A stretch of 64,000 nucleotides of DNA from Octopus vulgaris (taxonomy: Eukaryota): positions 127,100,001 to 127,164,000 of the forward strand of contig OX597820.1 of assembly GCA_951406725.2 (NCBI GenBank). Reading direction: 5' to 3'. The notes under the pieces were generated by a model. It was not told the DNA's origin. It ran no database searches and was given only the letters and a program-made list of their open reading frames with translations. Positions 49,053 through 63,453 of this stretch are shown here, one piece after another (within the stretch, counting starts at the first letter, position 1; the number at the start of each line of letters is the position of its first letter). Position numbers and translations under genes: made by a program.

Positions 49053-51829
49053 ACCCAACCCACCCTTTCACCAGCCATGATTCATATTTGTAGTTTGCTG
49101 TAGATTTCAGATCCCTCTCAGCAACTGTGATATTGTTGCAAATTCTCTAATTTGTTCTCAGTTGTTGTTCATTTGTTCACAAAGTGTGCTAAACTATTTA
49201 TGGAATATCTTATTTCATTTATTTATTCATTTTATTCTGTTATATTTTCTTTTTCTTTTGGTTACTGTGAATCATTGATGTTATTTCAAAGACATTTTTG
49301 TGGAGGTGAAACAGTGCAATATTTAAAGTACTAGACTTGAAATTTTATACTTGGGTTTATTTTGTTCAGAACCCACTAAGAATGAAGCAGCATTCGTCAG
49401 AAAATAAAGGAGTCTGTATCATAATTGCTAATTCTGTATTGTATTAAGTCAAAAAAATGTCACCACACATTTAAAATAACTTTATATCAGAATAGAATAA
49501 AAAGAAAAAAAATAACCTCTTTTTTCAAAAAGCAGGTTGCATAAGACATGGTTCATCATCAGACAGGCCACTCTACTAAAAACGTCCTGTGGGCTGCAGT
49601 TTGTCCATGATTGGTGTAAACCCGAACAGAAGTTTTTAATAATTTCTCATAGAAGGAACAAAGTGGCTGAGTCTTGAGAGCATTGAACAGAATGCTTTAT
49701 GGTATTTGTTTTGACTCTATGTAATCTGAGTTAAAACTCTGCTAAGGCCTACTTTTACATCCTTTCATGGTTGGGGGAGAAAATAATACCCCCCCCCCCC
49801 CAAAAAAAAAGAAACCTGTCCAAAGTGGTGGATTGATGGAACTGTAAGGACATTTTAGTATTCATTTCAACTCCTTATGTTCCAAGTTCAAATCCTACCA
49901 TAACCTACTTTGAATGATCGACTTAAACTGTTACCCAGTTTGACACCGCCACTTGGTACCTCAGAGTTCACTTTGTTGCAAGCATTGTGCTCAGTTTTGA
50001 TACTTTCCTCTCTTCCAAGACTCTTGGAAGCCTTGTAACAGGTTATGGGCTCATTCATCCCTCCCTCCTGACTAAAGGAAAAAGGGGTGGGGCAGATATT
50101 TTTTAAGGAGGAGTCAGTTGGTTATACTAACCATAGTATTGGACTGGTACTTAGTGCCTCCTGTAAAATTAAAGGTAAATTTGACTTTAGCTAGGCTCAA
50201 ACAGAATGAGGTATTGGCATGGCTATGTAGTTAGGAAACTTGCTTTCCAATCACAGAGCTCTGGGTTCAGTCTTGAGCAAGTGTCTTCTACTATAGACCT
50301 TAGTCGACCATAGACTTGTGAGTGGATTTGATCCACAGAAACTGAAAGAAGCCCATTGTTTGTATGTGTGCATGCAAGCAAATTGGTGGCTCTTTGTTTT
50401 GACATCACATGATAGGTGTGAATGAAACAAAGGGTACACTAGTACTCTTTGTTTCCAATCTTCTGTGAAGGCATATCTGGTCATTGGCAAATATCATCAT
50501 ATGTGAAAAGAGGTAAGGTTGGTACCTGGAAGGACAGTTAGCCATAGGAAATATTCAACAAATTCTATTTAACCTACGCAAGCATGAAGAAGTGGACATT
50601 TAAATGATGATGACAATGAATTTCTCTGGTGGGGCTTTAATAATTCTACTAATCTATCTCACCCACCCACCTACCCAGATATTAAAAATGATAAGGTGCA
50701 AACTAAGATTGAAATTTCCGTGATGCAATTTTGCTAAAATGGTTAATGAAATTAAATTCAAATTATTGCAAGGTTGCAAACTTGTTAATAAATTGACATG
50801 GACCCCTCTTAGTAAAAACCATTGTTTTAATGAGTTATCAAGGACCATATTTGTCAACAAATGTATCTGTGCTTATGCTACATCTTTTATATGCGATTTA
50901 ATGCCGTATATAATAGGGACCTGCATGGCTGTGTATAAGATGTTTGCTTCCTGATCACAAGATTCTGGGTTCAGTCCTACTGTGTGGCACCTTCAGCAGG
51001 TGTCTGTTGCCTGGGTCAGCCAATACTTGTGAGCGGACTTGGTTGGTGGAAACTAAAAAGCCCATCTGTGTGTGTGTGTACAAGTGTGTACATGTATGTG
51101 TCTCCTTGGCTTGACCGGGCGAAATGCTTAGCGGTATTTCGTCTGTCATTACGTTCTGAGTTCAAATTCCGCCAAGGTCAACTTTGCCTTTCATCCTTTT
51201 GGGGTCGATAAATTAAGTACCAGTTTCGCACTGGGGTCGATGTAATCGACTTAATCTGTTTGTCTGTCCTTGTTTGTCTCCTCTGTCTTTAGCCCCCTTG
51301 TGGGCAATAAAGAAATATACGTGATAGATGTAAATGAGTATTACTCTCATACCAGCATTACCATGCATTTCTAATATTCTTTGAGAATATGTCTGGCCGT
51401 GGCCATATTTGGAAATATGTCTGGCCTTGCTTGGAAACGGGTGAAGGTTGGCAACAGGAAGGGCATCTAGTTATGGAGACTCTATCACAAATGAACATTG
51501 TCCAGCTTATGCAACCATTGGAAAGTGGATGTTGAATAATGGTAAATAGCTTGTCCACCTTTTAAAAATATGCCCGTGACAAGAGATTTGGTAACAACTT
51601 TGTGAGAAACCAATTTGAAATTTTGTTCAGATAAACTCTGTGCTGAATGAAATCCAAGTATTTGGTCATTGGATTCAACCTATATGACACTACTCGTTTT
51701 TAAGTGTTCGTTATTTTAATTAAACCATACGATGATTTCAAATAAGAACTTCTAGCTCAATCTTTTTGTTACCGTATTTCTGTTGAAATTCACTGCCTTT
51801 ATTTTATTAAATTTATCATTTGATTTATA

Positions 51830-51986
51830 GGCGTAGGAGTGGCTGTGTGGTAAGTAGCTTGCTTACAAACCACATGGTTTCAGGTTCAGTCCTACTGCGT
51901 GGCACTTTGGACAAGTGTCTTCTACTATAGCCTCGGGCCGACCAAAGCCTTGAGTTGGTAGACGGAAACTGAAAGCAGTCCGTCGA

Positions 51987-52024
<38 letters not shown>

Positions 52025-52239
52025 ATATGGTTGTGCAGCTGTGTTTGTCTCCCCTCACCCAACATAGCTTGATAACCGATGCTGGTGTGTTTACGTCCCT
52101 GTAACTTAGTGGTTCGGCAAAAGAAACTGATAGAATAAGTACTAGGCTTACAAAGAATAAGTCCTGGGGTCGATTTGTTCGACTAAAGGCGGTGCCCCAG
52201 CATGGCCAAACTCACATGACTGAAACAAGTAAAAGAGTA
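51830..52239 (+). mobile_element. SINE family A, full length (other + copies ~50220-50370, 50920-51100, 53865-54030, 54684-55045, 56030-56170, 56299-56628, 63215-63820)
   Basis: Head-to-tail match to 39138-39515. Confidence 0.92.
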
Positions 52240-55200
52240 TATAAAGAATTAACTGAAGTAGTCTTGTCCTTATTAAACCCTTGCAGATGGATTTAGTGTT
52301 GAAGTCTGTGCTCTGTGCTGGCTTCGGGCCTTTCAGTAACCACATCATTTCTCATACAAGGAGTCTTACAGTGGATTTACAGATTCTTTTCAGTGTGGTA
52401 TATTTGAAGACCTGGCACTGCACTGAGTGAGACACCACACTGCTCACACACGCACACTGTTTCAATATGGTCACTACCACTTTTCATCTGGAAGGAGTGA
52501 AGCTGGTCTTTGAAAGATAAATTAACATAAATTTTAATGGAAGGTTATAATTTAGATGACTTTAAAACTGGAAGTCCATATCATAGAATTTACAGGGCAG
52601 TTTCTGGTGTGTTAGTATCAAAACGTTTATATAGAATGTAAACATTTTTTAAAATTAGGTAATGTGAAATATTAAAAAAAAAGTTAACTAAAATACTATC
52701 CATTTCCTGGTTGCCACATGTGTTTCTATAAATTTTGTAAACAGAGTTTAATTTGAAATATGGTCATATGAAAGGGTTAATTCTATCCTGCACATTAAAT
52801 ACTTGAGTTATGGTGAACCTTAAACTTCCATATAAAATAAAAGAGTGGGTAAAAAATAAAAACGGATTAAGAACATTTGAAGTTGTGTCTGCACATGAAA
52901 ATAAGAAGAAAAAAAGTGAGTTAAAAACAGGAACAGATAAATTTTGCATTATTGGGTTATCTCTCTAAAACAAATGGTGTTAGCTAGAATTCACCTTCCA
53001 GCCATAAAAAATCTTGGTTAGTTAAACACGTCCTTCTCTCAACTGATTTGTGTTTATGAATTGGCAATAATAGCATAAATGCAGATATCCTTCAGCTAAA
53101 TCCAAGATGGCTGTTGTGCAAACGGTGGTGGTGGGGGTGGTGGGTGGGGGTGTGGGACTGCGGGGTGGGAGGGGGTACAAAGAACAAACAAAAAAACTAA
53201 TTGGTATGAAAAATATGCCTAAGAAACTCAGGAAATAGTTGTGTTTGTGACTTTTATGGTGTGTAATGATACTTGATTATCTAATGAAATTAGAAGGAAC
53301 TGGGAGCTGCTACAAATGTTCCATTTAAATATCGATTTCTAATTGAAGAAAATCTGTGATTATTTATTCAGAGCATGGGGCATAGTTAAGTTTTACATTG
53401 ACAGTGATTTTGTCCTGAAGTCTTAAAAATACATTTCTACTCCCTGATGCAATAGGAACTCTAAACTGAGTGAACGAAAATGAAATAATGTAATGTAAAG
53501 GCGGTGCCCCAGCATGGCCTCAGTCTAATGACTGAAACAAGTAAAAGATAAAGATAAAATGTAATGCCTTTCAGGCGAGTATTCTATTGTTTCTACCAAC
53601 TTGCTGCCTTACTTTGAGTAAGAGATTTCAAAAAGATCTGTTGGGTGGAAAAAATAGAAAAAAGCTCGAATTCCTCTCTTAACTAATTCCTAATTTGCAA
53701 AAATGTTCATTAAATAGTAATTAAAAAATGTTCTTGATTTTGTCAACAACCCCCTAATGCTGTACTTTCAACCCATTGCTGTATCAGTTCTAGCTTTGCT
53801 TTTATTCCTGGATGTTTTTGTGACCTCATTCAATGAACTACACTGCCTGTGTATTTCATTTCAGGTGTGGCTGTGTTTCAGAAGTTCACTTCCCAACCAT
53901 GTAGTTTGGGGTTCAGTCCCACTGTGTGGCTCCTTGGGCAGCTGGGGTTTTTTTTTTTTTTTTTTGCCTTATCTCCAAGCTGACCTAAGCCTTGTGAATG
54001 GATTTGAAGGAAAGAAACTGAAAAAAGTCTGTGTGCACTTGTATGTTTTTTTGTCTTCACATTGTGTGATAGTTATAAGAATCATCATACAAGCAATGTC
54101 CTTTTCCAATCTTCCATGAAAACATCTAGACATAGGGAAATATTACTTTGCTTGAAAGCAGGTAACGGTTGGCAACAAGAAGGGCATCTGACTGTAGAAA
54201 ATCTACCTCGGTGAATTGTTTCTGTCTCTTGCAGGCATAAAAAAGTGACCATTCAGATTATTCTGTCAAAAGTAATGCTTATTTATTCACATTGTTTTGA
54301 ATTAATCCTGCATTATTCTGTAGCTTTGAGATTTTGATGAGCTAACTCTTAACTTTTAAAATGATGAAGGGTTACTGCGAGAGGTCGGGTCTGGTCAGTT
54401 TGAGCATAAAATAGGTAGAATATTTTTGGCCGGATATGGCCTAAGTGCTAAAGGGTTAAACAATCATGATAATGATAATAGAATTAATTAAATCATCTCC
54501 ACTACATGACCAGTGCTTCATTGACCTGGAAGAGCAAAAGGTTAAGTTGACCTCGGAGCAATTTGAACTCAAAATGTCTAGGGCTGTAACTGAACACTCC
54601 AAGGCATCTTGTCTGACTCTCTAATAATTTTACCAATCCACTGTCTTTATTAATTAAAAAAATAAAAAAAAGACAAAAGTGGTTTGGCTGTGTGGCAAGA
54701 CACTTGCTTCCCAACCACCTGCATTTTGGTTCAGTCTTACTGGATGGCAACTTGGGCAAGTGTTTTCTATAACCTCACGGTGACCAACACATTGGGAGTA
54801 GATAGGATTGATGGAAGTTGAAAGAAACTCATTGTGTGTGTGTGTGTGTGTGTGTGTTGGAGAGAGAGAGAGTGTGTGTGTGTCTATATTTCTTCACCAC
54901 TACTTGATAACCGGTGTCAGTTTGTTTACATCTCTGTAACTTAGTAGTTCCACAAAAAAGACTGGTAGACAAGTACCAGGCTTCAAAAAGTAGGGAGTGG
55001 GGTTGATGTGTTTGATTGACCCCTTCAAGCAAATTCCTAGTAAGCATTTTCTAAATTGCTCTTCTTTTACTCATTTCAGTCATTGGACTGCAGGCCTACC
55101 AGAGAATTGGCTTGAAGGGGTCAATCAAACACATCAACCCCACTGCCTACTTTTTCAAGCCTCGTTCTTGTCTGCCAGTCTTTTTTGTGGCTCCAGTCTA

Positions 55201-56850
55201 ATCTGGCAGTGTTTCTACAGCTGGATGCTCTTCCTAACGCCAACCACTCCGTGAGTGTAGTGGGTGCTTTTTATGTGCCAGTTGAGGCTGGCAACGGCCA
55301 AGATCGGTTGGTGCTTTTTACGTGCCACCGGCATGGAAGCCAGATAAGGCGGCGCTGGCACCAGCCACGTTCGGATGGTGCTTTTTACATGCCACTGGCA
55401 CATGTACTCAAATTATGTAAAGAATGTTTTCCTATAAATTAGCAATTATTAAGTCATCTGTAGGTTTTAGCTTCAAAAGAAATTATGAACAAAAACCAAT
55501 GAACTAGATTTTTCTGTTTTCGAGTACTCAAAGTTTGTGGAAAATGTTACGGTTAATGACCACTTATTAAGTGGCACTGAAGTTTAAATGTTAAACCTTT
55601 TGTTACTCAATTGCTGTTGAAACACTTGCCTTTCAGTTAATTTTGAAAATAACAAAATATTTAGTAAAATAACTTGGTCATTATTAAGCTGATGTTTGGA
55701 ACAAATTAACTTGGAATTTTCATGGAAAGTTTTAAGTTAGATCACTTTAAATCTTTAGCATACAGATCACTTTGTTAAATGTAACTTATTCATTCACACT
55801 GTTTTGGCTTTGATGATGTAGTGTAGGTGTTGGAGGGTGGATATGGCTGGTTTGAGTGTAAAATGGGTAGAATATTTGGGCTGAATAGGGGTGGTTTAAA
55901 TACTAAAGGGCTGAATAGGGGTGGTTTATATCACAGAGCCAAGGATGGTCTCAGACATATTTTTTGTGAAAAGTGTTAATGAAAGAAATTTTTAAATCTA
56001 TAAGTACTCAAATGATTTGGAATAAATGGTTGTGCGGTTAGGGAGCTTGCTTCCCAGCTGCATGGTTTCAGGTTCAGTCCCACTGCATGGCACTTTGGGC
56101 AAGTGTCTTCTGCTATAGCCCCGGGCCGACCAAAGCTTTGTGATTGAATTTGGTAGGCGGAAGTTACTGCCGTGTGTGTAGGCACTTGTGCTTCTCCGAA
56201 AAAAAGTTTCTCAAATGTAAATTAACATTCATTGAGTGAAAAAAAGATAAAACATGTCTGATATTAAAAAATGTTTTCATTTACTGGTTGTATGGAAAGG
56301 TGCAGGAGTGGCTGTGTGGTAAAAAGTTTGCTTCCCAACCACATGGTTGTGGGTTCAGTCTCACTGCATGGCACCTTGGGCAAGTGTCTTTTGCTATAGC
56401 CTTGGGTCAACCACTATTCTTGTGAGTGGATTTGATAAACGGAAATGGTAAGAAGCTCACCACATATATGTGTGTGTATCTTTGTTCCCCTCCGCCACTT
56501 GACAACTGGTGTTGGTGTGTTTATGTCCCTATAACTTAGCAGTTCAGCAAAGGAAACCAATAGCTTAAAAATCCTTCAAGGCAGTGCTCCTGAATGGCCA
56601 CAGTCAGATGACTGAAATAAGTAAAAGTTAAAAACATTGTGCACTTTTTCCTCTTGTCTTGACATTATGTGATAGTTGTAAACAAGTGTCACCATCATAC
56701 AAGCAGTGTTATTCGTTTCCAGTCTTGTCTGAAAACAGTATCTGGTCACAGGAAATATTACCTTACTTGGAAACGGACAAGGGTTGATGACAGCAATGGC
56801 ATCTGACTGGAGGAGATCTGCCTCAGAACCTGCCCAACCCATGCAGGCAT

Positions 56851-57120
56851 CAATCAATCAATTTTTATTGGCTCAAAAAGCAAAAGCAAGGCCATGTAGG
56901 GGGACAGGGAGTTCTGTACAGGGAGGATGGTCATACAAAGAGTTCAGGCCATATCTGGTCAAGAGAGACTTTGAACCGAGCGGTCGTCGGCATCTTCACT
57001 ATCTCGTCCGGCAGCTTATTCCATGGATCCGCAACCCGGACGGAGAAAGCCCCTCTCCTTCGATTGAGATGAAATCGTCGTAGATAGAGCTTTTTGGAGT
57101 GACCCCGCAGCCCACGCTCT
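56851..57120 (-). mobile_element. CR1/L2-group LINE 3' end
   Basis: GLRGHSKKL...RRRGAFSVRVADPWNKLPDEIVKMPTTARFKVSLD; AATAAA then (TGAT)n tail. Confidence 0.88.
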
Positions 57121-57554
57121 AGCATGGAAAAATGCACATTAAAACAATGATCTTTGTCCCATAAAACTGTAAAATGTCCTTTTGAGGGAAATCTTTCTGC
57201 TGTTTCTAACCAGTTGAGCTCATGTCTAGACATTAGTTCGCTTTCTTCTGTAAGAGCAGAGTTCCTTTCAATCTATGATGTTGCTTCCATAAACATTCCT
57301 TCCCTGTTGCAAAAGAACATAAGCTGTGCTTTTGTCCTCTGCTCTCAGCTCGGCTGATTCAAATATGTTTTATCCTTGTTCTCTTCTAACATCTCCTTTG
57401 CTAAAGTAAGCAATTGATACATCGTCAAGGAAACTGCCAACTCTATGTTTTACTGTGCTGCTAGCTTGACTGGAAAATATTGCCTAAAGATGTGTACGTG
57501 TACACACACACATAAACACTGACACATGCACACATTTGATGATGTATGTATATG

Positions 57555-57588
<34 letters not shown>

Positions 57589-57774
57589 CATACATTCACA
57601 CACATATATACTCACACATACATGCATGTACACATGCATTCATATACACACCCACATACAAGTTCAATGTGGAAATCATTACAGTATTTGTTTTCCTCAT
57701 GTCCTTTCAATGGATTTAATTTCAATTAATCTGTTTTAACATCCTTTCTTCTTAAATACATAAATACACATCAT

Positions 57775-57808
<34 letters not shown>

Positions 57809-58551
57809 ATGATAAATTATATATATATATATGTATAATGTGTGTGTGTGTGTGTAATCATAAACCTTGTGAAATGATTCTGTTTGTGATGTGCTGAAGA
57901 GTAGTCTAGAAGTGGGTTAATTGCAAGATTCTTTTTAATCCATGCTATATTTCCAATATTTAACATTTGGATTAGAGCCAGGAAATATCTAGATTGTTGA
58001 TGCTATTATTATTATTATTATTATTATTATTTATTTATTATTTAAATAGTTTCATTCAAGCAAGCATGTGAATTTTACGTATTGATTTCTATTGCAAGCC
58101 TTTTCATTGAGTCTATATTTTATTTTATCTGTAATATAATCTAATATTGTGTGTGTGTGCATGTGTGTATGTATGTATGCATGTGTGTGTGTGTGTGTTA
58201 AATATGAGTCTGTGTGTATATATGTCTGTATCTTTAAGTTCTGTGGAAGATCAACAGTATGCAGTGTCCTTCCTCTTAGACTGCCTGATTCAACATACAT
58301 AGTGTGTAAAAGGGTTGCAAGTCAATTTTGGGTCTGAAGAGACGTACAACATATGTGGTATACAAAGATCATATCCCACAAAGTAACCTAATGAAGCCAG
58401 TGGAAGTCACAACTTTTACCTGTCACTTATGCTTCGAACCATGCAGATATGCAGTGGCCTTCCACCTGAGATGTCAGATGGAAAGCCAGAAGTGCCATTG
58501 ACAACAAGGAGCCCCAGAAAGATGGTAATCGTCTGTGAAGGTAGAGCAACC

Positions 58552-58805
58552 TATTTCTTTACTACCCACAAGGGGCTAAATACAGAGGGGACAAACTTAA
58601 AATGGTGAAACTTACACAAGAATTAATAATACCAATTAAGTCGATTACATCGACCCCAGTGCATAACTGGTACTTATTTAATCAACCCTGAAAGGATGAC
58701 AGGCAAAGGCAACCTTGGTGGAATTTGAACTCAGAACGTAGTGGCAGACAAAATACCGCTAAGCATTTCGCCCGGCGTGCTAACACTTCTGCCAGCTCGC
58801 CGCCT
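58552..58805 (-). mobile_element. SINE family B with 16-bp TSD and an internal foreign 40-mer
   Basis: TSD TGAAGGTAGAGCAACC at 58536-58551 and 58806-58821. Confidence 0.92.
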
Positions 58806-59118
58806 TGAAGGTAGAGCAACCATCATCACCATTTTTTAACGCCCGTTTTCCATGCTGGCACGGGCTGGACAGTTTGACCAGAGCTGGGAAGCGGCACCAG
58901 GTTCCAGTCTGATTTGCCTTGGTTTCTACAGCTGGATGCCCTTCCTAATTCCAACCGCTTTATAGTGTGTGCTTTTACATGGCACCTGCATGAGTGCTTT
59001 TTGCATGGCCTGGCAGAGAACTCTTGCAGGCCTGTCCTCTGCAGCTGAGAATGTGGCCTGTTTGCTGTAATCTATATGTGTGTAAATGTAAGTATACATA
59101 TATGTGTGTGCGTGTGAT

Positions 59119-61104
59119 GGTGATCCCTCACCACGAGAGACTGCATGCACTCGAACATTTCCTTGACCTTCAACCGAAACCCCCAACCTGACACATCCAC
59201 ACTTGTTCATCTGGCCGAACTTGTCCTCTTACTCAACTGCTTCTCATTCGCGGGTGATTTCTACCAGCAAGTCTCGGGAGTGGCCATAGGAACGAGAATG
59301 GGTCCCAACTGTGCGAACCTGTTTGTTGGCTATGTTGAGGCCCAAATATTCTCAAGTTTCACTGGACCCACTCCCGAACTATACGGCTGTTATATTGACA
59401 ACGGTATCGGTATGACCTCACTCTCCCGCAAACATCTAGACTCCTTCCTCTCTTTTGTCACATCTTTCCATCCTGCCCTCCACTTCTGCACTATCTCTGA
59501 CACCTCTGTCTCTTTTCTTGACATTTCGGTTAGCATTCATCACTCCACTCTCACCACCTCCATCCACTATAAACACACACTCACACTCATACCTCAACTT
59601 ATCTTCCTCCCACCCTAAACACACCAAGCTTTCCATCCCCTATTCCCAATTCCTCCGTCTATGCAGGCTCTGTAGTGATGACCATGACTTTGAGACTCAG
59701 TCTCAACTCATGGTTTGCCACTTCATCCTACGTGGATACCCCTCACCACTATCCACACCACCCTTGCCAGAGCACGTTCCGTGGACCGCGCAACTGCTGC
59801 TCTCTCCATCGAACCCACACCACCGTTTCCTGCCTCCCATTTCCCCTCACCTACCACCCCACCATCCTACCTCTCCAATGCACCATTCTCCGAGCCTTCT
59901 GGTAACTCCAGTCTGACCCCTCCACTTCACACATCTTTCCTAACCGACCCCTCCCCCCCTTCAAATGGGCCCACAACCTACGAGACCTCTTGGTCCACAG
60001 CTTCTTCCCTAACCTCACCCCACCCCTTACACCCACACCCCCACCCTCCCAACCCAGCTCGTTCCCCTGCTCCCGCCCACGCTGCCACACTTGCCCATAC
60101 CTCTCCAACACCACCTTCCTCACCGGCACCCATCATCGATCTTATCACATCACCGACTCCTTTACCTGCACTTCTACCAATATCATCTCCTGCTCTCTCT
60201 GCCATTCTCTATACATCATGCAAACGGGACGCCGCTTGGCTGACCAGTTCGCAGAACACCTCCGAGACATCTGACTCAGAAATGACATCCCAGTCTTGCG
60301 CCATTTCCACTCTACTGGTCACTCTTTGCAACACCTGTCCGTGTTCGGACTGTCCTTGCACAGGGGCCATCCGGACTCCCTCTTGCACCATGAACAGGGA
60401 TTAATCTTCTCTCTTCGCTCCTTTGTGCAACATGGGCTCAACTCTTCTCCCCTCTTCATCTAACCTCCTCCCTTTGCCTCTCTCCCCCTCACGCCTATAT
60501 CCTCCTCCCCACCTCTCCTCTCTTACTCCGACTCCTACTTCTCTTTGCTCCTACTCTCCTCTCTTCTCTTCACTCCTACCCACCTTCTCCTTCCTCCCTT
60601 CATCATCATCCCTCCTTCGTAAGCCTGCCCCACTTCTTCACATTCCAACCCCACCTTTCCTATCCTTCTCCATCCCATGCCACCCCACCCCTTACATCCA
60701 CACCCACATACCCACCCTCCGCCTACCCACACCCCACCTCCCAGCCTAACCCACACCCCACCTTTGCTTTCCCCACCCCCACCTCCCAACACCCTCACAC
60801 CACAGCACACACCCTACACCTTACACCACCATACCACACAACACACCTCCATGCACACATCAGCACTGACCACTTCCCAAACCCACATTTTCACACCTAC
60901 ATACACGCACATGCTCACGTCAAGGTCACCACCCCTCTTCCACCCGCACATACAAACTCTCCTATACACATGCATGTGCACCTTCGTTTTGGGATCACCA
61001 CCACTTTATCTCCCCTTCTCCCTAGCTCTCCTGTGTGACCCCTCTGTCCGGCCTTTGCCATGATAGATCGCTAGCCACTACACATTCTTTATTTTCTCTC
61101 CTTG
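59119..61104 (+). mobile_element. Penelope-like element, Neptune type (RT, Cys-rich linker, GIY-YIG), 5'-truncated and frameshifted
   Basis: FYQQVSGVAIGTRMGPNCANLFVG, YIDN (decayed YIDD), SFLDI, YLNLSSSHPKHTKLSIPYSQFLRL, CSRPRCHTC linker, decayed GIY-YIG FTCTSTNIISCSLCHSLYIMQTGRRLADQFAEH. C-rich 3' region; (TG)n on the left and (TA)n on the right. Confidence 0.93.
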
Positions 61105-61145
<41 letters not shown>

Positions 61146-62224
61146 ATATGTGCATCTTTCGTGATTGTATGTTAATGCATAGGAGACACAAATTGGTATT
61201 ATTAATTCTTGTGTAAGTTTCACCATTTTAGTTGCTTGGTTCTCTGCACCAGATGTTCCAAGTACATTTGGATACGTAAGCAGAACAGATCACCAGGGAG
61301 CACTTTATTGCATTTAATTACAGAGAATTAATGTAAAGGGTTGGGTAGATGGCGGGGGAATTTTATGAGTATTTTGATAGGGAAATAGAGAGTAACTAAT
61401 TGAGAGAGAAAAGAAGTTACTTGGTGACTTCTACAGTGTTGGTGCTATAAAAAAAGCACCCAGTGTACTCTGAAGTGGGTGTTATTAGGAAGGGTACCCA
61501 ACCAAAGAAATCAGGCCAAAGCAAACAGTTTGGGGCAGTCAAAATGTCAAGCTCTTCACAACATGGAAAACTGATAGTAAATGATGATCTGATATAAATG
61601 TTGGTTGGTTGGTTGGTTGGTCAAGTTGTCCACTCTTTACTTCATATAGAGAACGTGGTGATGGTGGGGGAGATTAAAACAGATGCAGTGAAAGTTAAAA
61701 TATAAGGTACAAAATTAGTGCACATAGTTGGCTTGGTGGCAGGCAAGGATTAAAGGAATGCCATGCACACACATTCAGAGAAGAAATAAGAGTTAGATGA
61801 GATGGGAGATAGGAAATAAATGACCGAGTTGAGAGTGAGGGGAATGAAAATACAACAGTTGGAAACGATATAATAAAGTGCAAAAAATACTGTAGAAATG
61901 ATACAACTCAGTATGGATGTAACCATGCCAACACTGGTTGCCAAGCAGTAGTCGGGCACAGACATAACACAAATGCAAAGTTACACACACACACACGACA
62001 GACTTCCAGTTTCTGTCTATCAAATCCACTCACAAAGCTTTGGTTGGCCTGAGGCTATAGTAGAAGCCCAAAGTGCTCTGCAGTGGGTCTGAACCCAAGA
62101 CCACATGGCTGGAATGTAAGCTTCTTAACTACAGTCACATCTGTGCCAATGAAGCCAGATCTGCAACCATTAAAGCATATCATATTTAAAAAGTTACTAG
62201 GCAAAAGAAAACAAAAATGACAAA

Positions 62225-62369
62225 TCTCTTATATAAAATCCATTCTCTGTGTGTGTCTTCTCGGATCCCGGGCATCTTCCATCTGATTGCGCTCAAATTT
62301 GGTATGTAGATACCGACGGTATCAGGGCATGTATAAGTCTTGAAAAAAATTACAAAAATTGATTCCAGG
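62225..62369 (+). mobile_element. Helitron/DINE-like 5' fragment
   Basis: A|TCTCTTATATAAAA start, (GT)n, then CTGATTGCGCTCAAATTTGGTATG motif. Confidence 0.55.
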
Positions 62370-63453
62370 TGAGAATGCGTCAAGCCAAGTGAAATTGTTG
62401 TTATGGCTGATGCCGGTGTCACGTACCTGGTACCCTTGCCAGTGGCACGTAAATACACCCTTGAAACATTGGGCCTCACAGAGGCAATGATTAGTCGTGG
62501 CCAATGCCGGTGTCATGTAACTAGCACCTGTGTCGGTGACACATAAAAGGCACCCATTTCACCCTTGGAGTGGTTGGCATTAGGAAGGGCATCCAGCTGT
62601 AGAAACTATGCCAAACTAGATTGGAACCTGGTGTAGCCCTACAGTTTACCAGTTTCAGTCAAACCGTCTAACTCATGCCATCGTGGAAAGCAGACACTAA
62701 ATGAAAATAATGATTGCTTATTTTTGAAAGACATTGTAGGGTAGGAGTGAGAGGCAGGAGCTGGCTGGTTTGAATACTAAAGGGTTAAAAATCACCTCAT
62801 TATTTTCTGTATGGATGTAGTTTTTAATACTTTAGGTTTCTCAACAATAATAATAATAATAATGCCTTCGAGAAAGACATTAATGCCACGTAATCTAACC
62901 TCGCACATTCATTTTATAGGGATGTATAATAAATATAGCTTCAGAACTAATTCTTTTGTATGAAATCAAAATGTAATATCTAATATTCCCTATCCAAATT
63001 GAGGGTTACGTAATAGCAGATGGTTCACGAAATAGGAATTATTGAAATTCTGGGTGCTTTCTTTTTTATATTTTTTTCTGTTTTGATTCATCTGAGAATC
63101 TTAGACACCCCTCAAAAGCTGGCTTTCTGCCTCATTAGAAGAAATCAATATTGTAGTTCACTGTTTCTTAAGTACAGTTTTTTGAATATGATATGCAGCA
63201 AATAAGTATGGGGTATGACTGTGCTGATGAAAAGCTCACTCTGTGACCATGTGCTTTCAAGTTCAATCTCTTATTACATGGCATCTTGGTCAAGCGTTTT
63301 CTGTTACAGCCTCTGGTTGACCTTTTGAGTGAATTTGGTAGACATAAACTGTATGGAAGCCCATTTTGTGTGTGTGTGAGAGGTGTTTGTCATACCCCAG
63401 CTGGCACCCACTTGCTACCATTTAACAACTAGTGTTGGTTTGCTTACCTCCTT

